This document shows, in pieces, positions 57,195 through 64,000 of a stretch of 64,000 bases of DNA (position 1 is the stretch's first letter; every line of letters starts with the position of its first letter). The DNA comes from an uncultured Candidatus Saccharibacteria bacterium (GTDB lineage: Bacteria > Patescibacteriota > Doudnabacteria > UBA920), in contig CAYYWQ010000001.1 of assembly GCA_964474825.1 (NCBI GenBank), positions 884,152 to 948,151 of the forward strand, given 5' to 3'. Under the pieces are notes generated by a model. It saw only the letters and a list, made by a program, of their open reading frames with translations. It was not told the DNA's origin and did not search any database. The translations under genes were made by a program, and so were the position numbers.

Positions 57195-57351
57195 AAAATC
57201 TGTATTTCTGATAGCTGTATTTCTGCTTCGACCTTTTGATAAGTCAGCGCTATCTTTCAGTGATTATAGATGATGTTTTTTTTACTGTCAATATTTATTT
57301 AATAAAATAAAATCCCGCCATCAATAATAGGCGGGATTTTAAAAATATAAT

Positions 57352-57798
57352 TTAAGCAGTGGGTTGTTCAGGAACTGGTGCTTCTTTTTCAGCCGGCTTC
57401 TCTACAGTAGCAGGTTCTTCCTGGGCAGGAGCCGCGGCTTCCTCTACTTTGGCAGATTCAGCAGCTGGAGCTTCAGCAGATACTTCGGCTTTTGGTGCTT
57501 CTGCGGCAGGAGCGGGTTCAACAGGTTTCTTTGGTGTATTAAACGCCCTAACTTTTTTGGCGTCTAACAAATTTTTTGTAACCAGTAAATTGTGGACAGT
57601 TGGAGAAATTTCTACGCCTTTGGAAATCCAAAGTTTTAAACGGTCCTGGTCTTTAACGGCCAAGACTTTTGTGCGGGGGTTATAGCTACCCAAAATCTCG
57701 GTGAACTTTTTGGAAGCAGAAGATTTCTTTTCCGCCAGCACTACCCTAAAATCCGGGCTGTTCTTTTTGCCTGTTCTTTGTAAACGAATAATAAGCAT
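57352..57798 (-). CDS. rpsP: 30S ribosomal protein S16
   Basis: MLIIRLQRTGKK...LGSYNP; A/E/P-rich tail. Confidence 0.97.
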   Translation of the reverse strand: MLIIRLQRTGKKNSPDFRVVLAEKKSSASKKFTEILGSYNPRTKVLAVKDQDRLKLWISKGVEISPTVHNLLVTKNLLDAKKVRAFNTPKKPVEPAPAAEAPKAEVSAEAPAAESAKVEEAAAPAQEEPATVEKPAEKEAPVPEQPTA

Positions 57799-57902
57799 AA
57801 TGAAATTATGAAAATAATAAACTAATAAAATTATAATGTTCTAAGTCCTCACAAACGTTCAGCAGAACCTCTGGGGATTAGAAACTAAATGAGCGTGAGA
57901 AT

Positions 57903-57931
57903 ATTCTACCAGCATTATGCGTTTTAGTCAA
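57903..57931 (-). promoter_or_regulatory. rpsP promoter TTGACT-N17-TAGAAT
   Basis: Near-consensus hexamers with 17-nt spacer. Confidence 0.7.
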
Positions 57932-58013
57932 CAGCCTAAACACCCCTTGGTCCTTTTGCATTACTGCACTAGTGCGCTAGTGTAAAAGGACCACAACCAA
58001 ACAAAAAGACGGG

Positions 58014-58646
58014 CTATTGGCCCGCCTCGTCGGCTTTCCGATTTTTCAAATGTCTCCACACCCACCACACTCCCCCAAGAATAATCAGAACTATAATCGC
58101 GGTATCAAAACCATGCAGCCGGTCGCGGATAGTATTCCAATTTTCCCCGAGCTTAAGGCCCAAATAAGCTAAAAAATAAGTCCAAATTACGCTGCCAACA
58201 AAGGAATAAATTAAAAAAGGTGTCTTTGGCATGCGCGCTATGCCGGCGGGCAGGGAAATAAAAGTACGCACTACAGGCAAAAGCCTTCCTATAAAGGTAG
58301 AAAGGTTGCCGTACTTGGCAAAAAATCTGTCGGCAATGTCTAAATCGTGGTGCGAAACTAAAAAATATTTTCCATATTTTTCTACAATTGGCCGGCCGCC
58401 GTATTTTCCAATTTCATAAATAACCCAGCTGCCTATCATGCTACCCGCTCCGCCTGCTAAAGAAACACCCCATAAAGAAAACCGTCCCGTATAAACTAAG
58501 TAACCGGCAAAGGGGCCAATAATTTCACTGGGCAGAGGAATGCAAGCACTTTCAATAGCCATTAAAACAGCCACTCCCGGATACCCAAGAGTGGAAATGG
58601 TGTTAACAATAAAATTTGTAAGGATAGAAATAATATGTTCTATCAT
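58014..58646 (-). CDS. DedA family membrane protein
   Basis: ESACIPLPSE, GRLLPVVRTFISLPAG. Confidence 0.95.
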   Translation of the reverse strand: MIEHIISILTNFIVNTISTLGYPGVAVLMAIESACIPLPSEIIGPFAGYLVYTGRFSLWGVSLAGGAGSMIGSWVIYEIGKYGGRPIVEKYGKYFLVSHHDLDIADRFFAKYGNLSTFIGRLLPVVRTFISLPAGIARMPKTPFLIYSFVGSVIWTYFLAYLGLKLGENWNTIRDRLHGFDTAIIVLIILGGVWWVWRHLKNRKADEAGQ

Positions 58647-58657
58647 AAAATTTTAAT

Positions 58658-61279
58658 TTATGACTTAGCGTATTCTTTTGCCTGGTCCAGTTTAATGGAA
58701 AGAAGTTTGCTAATTCCATCGTCGCCCATTGTGACGCCGTAAAGCATAACCGCATTAGCCATGGTCTCGCGGTTGTGGGTAATGGTAATAAACTGGGTCT
58801 GGTGTCCTAATGTGCTTAAAATTTGTCCGAAACGAATAGTATTAGCTTCGTCCAGCGCTGCGTCTACTTCGTCTAATACAACGAAAGGCGAAGGGAAACA
58901 TGCCAGTAGGCTGCAGAGCAAGGCTATGGAAGTTAAAGCGCGTTCCCCGCCGGACAGAGCTTGGATGGTAGAAAGTTTTTTGTTAGGTGGTGTGGCCTTT
59001 ATGTCTACCCCAACAATGTTGCTTGCCGGATGAGCGTATTTTTCCACAACTTTTTCTTCCGGCCTTAGCTGGTCTTGTTTGTCTTCTCCTTCGTTTTCTA
59101 CTGCCTCAGCCATAATCTCTTCGCTTTTGTCTTCGGCCTTCATTACGCTCAAATAGGCGCGGCCGCCGTTAAATAGCATACGGAAATAAAATTCAAACTT
59201 TTCGTTGATTTTATGGAATGACTCGTTAAATTTGGATTTAATATGTTCATCCAATTCGTCTAAAATCCCCCTTAGGTCGTTCATTCCTTTTTTTAAATCT
59301 TCTATTTGGCCGCTTAAGTTGGTAAAGCGCGCTTCAGTTTCCTGATATTCTTTTAGGGTCAGCTCATCCATACCGCCTATCATTTCCAACTGGTTTTTTA
59401 GGCGCATAATTTTTTCGCCCAAACCGTTTTCCGAATGCGTCACCGGTTGCTTGTCCCACTCCTGGATTATTTCCAAACCTAAAATCCTTTTTACCTCTTC
59501 CATAAGCACTTCCATTTGGGTGTCGAACTTGGCTTTTTCAATGCTAATGGCAGATTCCTGGTCTTTAACTTTAGAAATCTTGTCCTGCAGTTCCCGGAAT
59601 AAATTTTCTGCCTGGCGCAAATCGCTGCGCCGTCCTTCTTCTTCCTGGTAATAAACTTTTAAGGACTGCTCAACAGCGGAGATTTCATGACCTTGAGCTT
59701 CCAATTGTTTTTTTAAATGATCCTCTTGAGTGATTAAACCTTTAATAAAGTCATCCATGGAATGACTTTGGGCTTTTTTAAGTTCCAAATCTAAATGCAG
59801 GCGCTGCTGATCGAGCTCGGCCAGTTGTTTGGCAAGAAAATCCGAACTCATTTTAGAACCCGACAGCTCCAGTTCCTGTTTTCTGACCTGCTCGGACAGC
59901 CGATCCCTCTCTTCTAAGGCTGCCTGAAGTTCTTTTTGGAAGACTACTAAAGTCGCTTCCGGATTTTTTACAACGTTTTTGGCCGCTTCACGGAATTTTA
60001 CCAAGCTGGATTTTAAATTCTCAGCCCCCGCCCTCGCTGCTTCTAAGTCTGCCGCGGTTTGTAAATTGGCATAAAAATTTTCAAAAGTTTCTTCCAAAGA
60101 TTTTAATTCCAAATCAAATAACGACCAGTCAATTTGGGCAGGATTTTTTGTCCTGCCGTAAAGTTCATTAAGCTTGTCTGTTAACTGCTGTAAATGCTTG
60201 TGCTGCTGAACAAGCAAAGAGCTTAAATGCTGCTGCTGTTTTTCCGCTTCCTGCAATTTTTCCTTTGTTTCCAAAATCGCGCCGGCTTTTTGGTGCAGTT
60301 CTACTTGAAGTGTTTTGGGATCCCCTGCTAAAGTTTTTTGCCCCTGCATTTTACCGCGCACTACGCTTATTTCTTCCAAAACTTTATTTTTCCCGTCTTG
60401 AAGAACTTTAAGTTGTTCCTGGATTTGGCGGTAACGCGCGCCATCGCCTTGGCTGGAGGATTCCAAATGCTCCAATTGTTTTCTGTGTTTAGCCGACTCT
60501 TCTTCCAATTTTACCCGCTCTTCTTGGGACTCCGCAAGACGCTTGAGCACACCACCCAAAGAAGTTTTTAAAGAATAGTAACTAAAACCAAATAATTGTT
60601 TTTCGTAAGTTTTTAATTCCTGCTCCAACTCACTACGCGCTTCCATTTTTTTTGCCTGGCGCCTAAGGCTCTTTAGCCTTGGCTCTATTTCTTTTACTAA
60701 ATCTTCAGCGCGCATTAAATTCTGCGCGGTTTGTTCAAGCCTGCGCAGGCTGCGGTCGCGTTTAATATAGTAAGTCTTAACGCCGCTGGCTTCGTCTATC
60801 AAATTTTTTATTTCACTAGGGCCCTGCAAAATCATTTGGTCAATTGTCCCTTGGCCAATTACCGTGTAGCGTGAGGTGCCGATGTTGCTGCGTAACACTA
60901 AGTCTATAATATCAAGCAATCTAACACGATTGCCGTTTAGTAAATATTCGCTTTCGCCACTTCTGTCTATGCGCCGGCCAATAGCAACTTCCGATGCGTC
61001 TACGGGTATGCGATGGTCGCGGTTGTCAAAAGTAGCAATAACTTCGGCAAAACCCATTTTGGTTTTTTTCTCACTGCCCGCAAAAATAACGTCGTCACTT
61101 TTTTTCCCGCGAATAAGCTTAGCACTCTGTTCCCCCAAAACCCAGCGTAAACAGTCGGCCACGTTAGATTTCCCGGAGCCATTGGGCCCCACAATAGCAA
61201 TAATCCCCTGGGAAAATTCCATGGTCGTTTTATGGGCAAAGCTTTTGAATCCTTGTATTTCTAGGCGCTTAAGATACAT
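58658..61279 (-). CDS. smc: SMC-family chromosome segregation ATPase (short, 873 aa)
   Basis: GFKSF, GPNGSGKSN, LSGGE, LDEVDAALD. Confidence 0.93.
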   Translation of the reverse strand: MYLKRLEIQGFKSFAHKTTMEFSQGIIAIVGPNGSGKSNVADCLRWVLGEQSAKLIRGKKSDDVIFAGSEKKTKMGFAEVIATFDNRDHRIPVDASEVAIGRRIDRSGESEYLLNGNRVRLLDIIDLVLRSNIGTSRYTVIGQGTIDQMILQGPSEIKNLIDEASGVKTYYIKRDRSLRRLEQTAQNLMRAEDLVKEIEPRLKSLRRQAKKMEARSELEQELKTYEKQLFGFSYYSLKTSLGGVLKRLAESQEERVKLEEESAKHRKQLEHLESSSQGDGARYRQIQEQLKVLQDGKNKVLEEISVVRGKMQGQKTLAGDPKTLQVELHQKAGAILETKEKLQEAEKQQQHLSSLLVQQHKHLQQLTDKLNELYGRTKNPAQIDWSLFDLELKSLEETFENFYANLQTAADLEAARAGAENLKSSLVKFREAAKNVVKNPEATLVVFQKELQAALEERDRLSEQVRKQELELSGSKMSSDFLAKQLAELDQQRLHLDLELKKAQSHSMDDFIKGLITQEDHLKKQLEAQGHEISAVEQSLKVYYQEEEGRRSDLRQAENLFRELQDKISKVKDQESAISIEKAKFDTQMEVLMEEVKRILGLEIIQEWDKQPVTHSENGLGEKIMRLKNQLEMIGGMDELTLKEYQETEARFTNLSGQIEDLKKGMNDLRGILDELDEHIKSKFNESFHKINEKFEFYFRMLFNGGRAYLSVMKAEDKSEEIMAEAVENEGEDKQDQLRPEEKVVEKYAHPASNIVGVDIKATPPNKKLSTIQALSGGERALTSIALLCSLLACFPSPFVVLDEVDAALDEANTIRFGQILSTLGHQTQFITITHNRETMANAVMLYGVTMGDDGISKLLSIKLDQAKEYAKS

Positions 61280-61301
61280 TTATTTTTGTTTCTAAAAAAA
61301 T

Positions 61302-61574
61302 TTAGTCGAAAAATCTGACTTTCCAAGAATGTGGTCCGTTAACTTTTAAAACTTTAGCTTTATGTCCAGTAGTCGGAGGCTCGCCAGGCGCTCTGAGAGC
61401 AAAAACTTCAACAATATCCTGCTCTTTAAAATCAAAGTCACGCAACTGGGGGTCTGGTACTAAATTAATATCTGCTGTGCCATCAGAATTATTTATTATT
61501 TCCTCTTTTGAAACAGCAAACTGACGCTCAGATGGAATATCTTCTTCTAATAATTCTTTTCTTATTTCTGCCAT
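61302..61574 (-). CDS. Hypothetical protein
   Basis: ATG 7 nt after the rnc stop; acidic small beta protein. Confidence 0.65.
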   Translation of the reverse strand: MAEIRKELLEEDIPSERQFAVSKEEIINNSDGTADINLVPDPQLRDFDFKEQDIVEVFALRAPGEPPTTGHKAKVLKVNGPHSWKVRFFD

Positions 61575-61581
61575 ATTAAAA

Positions 61582-62295
61582 CTAAAAATTGTTATTCTTA
61601 AGCGCATTCTCCGCTGCCGCCAACTCCGCTTCCTGTTTAGAAGGTCCAGTACCCCGGCCCACTTCCTCGCTGGCAATAAAGGCTCCGACAACGAACATTT
61701 TATTGTGGTCCGGTCCGGTTTCGGAAACAACGGAGTAAGTCGGAGTAATACCGCGTTTGTCCTGGACTAATTCCTGCAGTTTGGATTTGGGGTCTACATA
61801 GGTTTCCCCTGCAATAACTTTTGTCAGTTCGACTAAAATTTCCCGAGCCACAAAATTTGTGGTTACCTGATAGCCGGCGTCCAAATACATTGCGCCAATG
61901 ACCGCTTCTATGCAGTTAGCCAAAATAACTTGCCTAGCACGGCCAATGTCTTTGGCTTCGCCGCGAGACATAAGTAAAAATTGTTCCAGTTGAAGTCTGC
62001 GCGCAATGTCGCTTAGCATTTTATAGTTTACCAATGCGCTGCGGAAGTTGGTAAGCTCACCTTCGGGATGGTCGTAATTTTTATACAAATATTCCGTGGC
62101 CGCAAGTTCCAAAACAGCGTCCCCCAAAAATTCCAAACGTTCGTTGTGAGGCAAATGGAAACCGCGGTTTTCGTTCAGGTAAGACCGGTGGGTAAAGGCT
62201 GAAAGGTACAAATCAGGATTATTGATTTTTACCCCTAATATTTTTTCTAGTTCTTTTTGATCAATTTGAGGCACAATTGTGGAATCCGGAGTCAA
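61582..62295 (-). CDS. rnc: Ribonuclease III
   Basis: FTHRSY, NERLEFLGDAVL, dsRBD; start codon uncertain. Confidence 0.97.
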   Translation of the reverse strand: MTPDSTIVPQIDQKELEKILGVKINNPDLYLSAFTHRSYLNENRGFHLPHNERLEFLGDAVLELAATEYLYKNYDHPEGELTNFRSALVNYKMLSDIARRLQLEQFLLMSRGEAKDIGRARQVILANCIEAVIGAMYLDAGYQVTTNFVAREILVELTKVIAGETYVDPKSKLQELVQDKRGITPTYSVVSETGPDHNKMFVVGAFIASEEVGRGTGPSKQEAELAAAENALKNNNF

Positions 62296-62364
62296 GAATC
62301 AGGAATTAAGGTTTTAACTTAATTCATAATTCTTGCTTCTTAATTCTTAAAATGGATTTTTTTG

Positions 62365-62571
62365 CCCCTCGGCTGCGCTCGGGACACTCGACTCGCTATA
62401 AAAATCGTGGTTGGTTGAGGCCTCCCAAAGGCCGAAACCACGAGCGAGTGCCTCTCGACTCGTCGGATGCACTCCTCGCTCGAGACATTCGACTTAGCTT
62501 AAATATTATCATTAGCTATTTAAGGGTCGAAGACCATGAGCGAAGTTTCAGCTTGCTGAAACGAAGTCGAA
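62365..62571 (-). repeat. Structured tRNA 3'-trailer element, two tandem modules
   Basis: Homologous to 4781..4903; 10-bp inverted repeat 62486..62495 / 62564..62573. Confidence 0.85.
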
Positions 62572-62647
62572 TGGTGGGCGGTACAGGAATCGAACCTGTC
62601 ACCTACTCTACGTCAAAGAGTCGCTCTACCATATGAGCTAACCGCCC
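62572..62647 (-). tRNA. tRNA-Val(GAC)
   Basis: GGGCGGT...ACTCT-TT-GAC-GT-AGAGT...GGTTCGATTCC...ACCGCCCACCA. Confidence 0.96.
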
Positions 62648-62765
62648 TGTCTTCGTAAACACTTCGCAGGGCAAGACAATTTCTCATCAACTGATGTAAA
62701 TTTGAGTCTCGCCCTCCGTAGCCTTGGCGAAGGGGGGAGCTAACCGCCCAAAGTTTATAAAATGA

Positions 62766-63695
62766 TCAACCTACCGCTGGCGCGGGAGCTGTTTCTAAGG
62801 AGACTGTTTTGTTCTCGGCTCTAGTCGGAGTTATCTTTTGCAAAAAAAACAACATTAAGGCTATGTTTAAAAATGCATTAAGCATACCCAGTAATACCCA
62901 GAGCAATAACCCTCCCAAGGCTTTAATTATAGTAAAAATGCCTAAAATATGCAAAAAGCCATAATTATTGAGTTCTATTACTAAAATTCGTAAAGACGTC
63001 CTAACCAAAGAAACCAACCCCGCCCCCACAACAAAGCTGGCAAGGTAAATAATGGCCAAAAGCAGGCTTAAGGCCAAAATTTGCTGCCAACACTCGGCAA
63101 AAAAATCTGTGGCCGCGTTTATAGCCCTTTTAAGGGGCAGCCCGGATAAAACAACAAACATACCGGTAAAAATATTCAGGCAGGAAATAGTAAATGCTAG
63201 CGGAAAAAAAATAACCACGCTCAAGACCAAAAGCATATTTTGCAAAGGAGCAGTATCTACGTCTACCCACAACGGCGCGGCTAACACCACTAACGCCCCA
63301 AGCATGCACAACGAAGTAAGCACACTTACTTTGATCATTGGCCATAAAAAACTTTTACTTTGCTTTATGAGCTGGATTAAACTATTATGTTTTTTTTCTA
63401 ATACAGATTGCGCCTTAAGCAAAATTAAAATTTTTGACCAGTTAGTCAAAAAAATAGTAATTAAGGCCAACCACAAAACACTTAAGCAAATACCTACCAA
63501 CACCGCCGGATGTTGTATTAAATATTGAACAAAATGCGGGGCGTTTATCCTCTCCCCCAATTGGCGAGGGCTTTTGGGTAAAAAGAAAAAATTTAAGTTA
63601 AAAGCTCCCACAACAAACATCCCAAAAAGCCAAAACATTGGATACCGTTTGGTGATTAAGTAAGCTTTGTAAATAATATCCGCGTAGGAAAACAT
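62766..63695 (-). CDS. Hypothetical multi-TM membrane protein
   Basis: About 6 hydrophobic segments. Confidence 0.8.
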   Translation of the reverse strand: MFSYADIIYKAYLITKRYPMFWLFGMFVVGAFNLNFFFLPKSPRQLGERINAPHFVQYLIQHPAVLVGICLSVLWLALITIFLTNWSKILILLKAQSVLEKKHNSLIQLIKQSKSFLWPMIKVSVLTSLCMLGALVVLAAPLWVDVDTAPLQNMLLVLSVVIFFPLAFTISCLNIFTGMFVVLSGLPLKRAINAATDFFAECWQQILALSLLLAIIYLASFVVGAGLVSLVRTSLRILVIELNNYGFLHILGIFTIIKALGGLLLWVLLGMLNAFLNIALMLFFLQKITPTRAENKTVSLETAPAPAVG

Positions 63696-63874
63696 AACCA
63701 AATAAAGGTTTTTAAGAGCAACGCTGTATTAGCTCCTCGGCTCACTCAAATCTACCATCTAATGGTTGATTTGGCTCGCTCTACGTCGCTAATAAACAAT
63801 TAACGATTAACAGATATTAACCACAGTTAATAGTCAATTGTTAATCGTTAAAAGAAAATTATTAATTGTAGTTC

Positions 63875-64000
63875 TTAAGCCACTGCTTCCACTGGAGGCA
63901 CGGGTAAGTCCTGGAACTCAGGCACTCTTTTTTTTCCAGGCGGAATTAAATCCTTAACAATATCATGGAATTGCTCCTGCTCCAAAGTTTCTTCTTTAAT
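63875..64000 (-). CDS. ftsH: C-terminal end of a probable FtsH protease
   Basis: ...IKEETLEQEQFHDIVKDLIP...* resembles the FtsH C-terminus; only 41 aa are visible. Confidence 0.55.
   Translation of the reverse strand: MKEETLEQEQFHDIVKDLIPPGKKRVPEFQDLPVPPVEAVA

Noticed and set aside
1-64000. Impression that TCGA/GATC are depleted in genes but enriched in repeats
   Set aside because: It could not be quantified by eye and several coding occurrences exist; a tetranucleotide observed/expected calculation is needed.

Overview
A 64-kb, mostly housekeeping segment of a small-genome bacterium. Gene content and order suggest CPR/Patescibacteria (inference). It carries ftsA (partial), rpsU, lepB, der, pth, dprA, topA, NDH-2, an AbrB-led MacAB-like ABC operon, pilin-like genes, a GT2/GT-C/PA14 surface-glycan cluster, the hrcA-grpE-dnaK-dnaJ operon with a CIRCE, clpP, nusA, rny-ymdB, sod, rpsP-khpA-trmD-rluD-rplS, smc, rnc and a probable ftsH 3' end, plus three tRNAs (Val-CAC, Lys-TTT, Val-GAC). 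No CRISPR array, prophage or transposase gene is visible. The most notable signals are: (1) a conserved, covarying structured trailer that abuts and pairs with the CCA end of both tRNA-Val genes; (2) several families of miniature palindromic or periodic elements (7-, 8- and 9-nt periods) that fill gene junctions, often supply the stop codon in register, and also sit in-frame inside proteins; (3) an orphan ~215-nt transcription unit with a consensus promoter, a long stem and a terminator; (4) a HisRS paralog that has lost most catalytic residues but keeps its anticodon domain; (5) a shortened SMC with no visible hinge; and (6) several unannotated micro-ORFs with strong SD sites.
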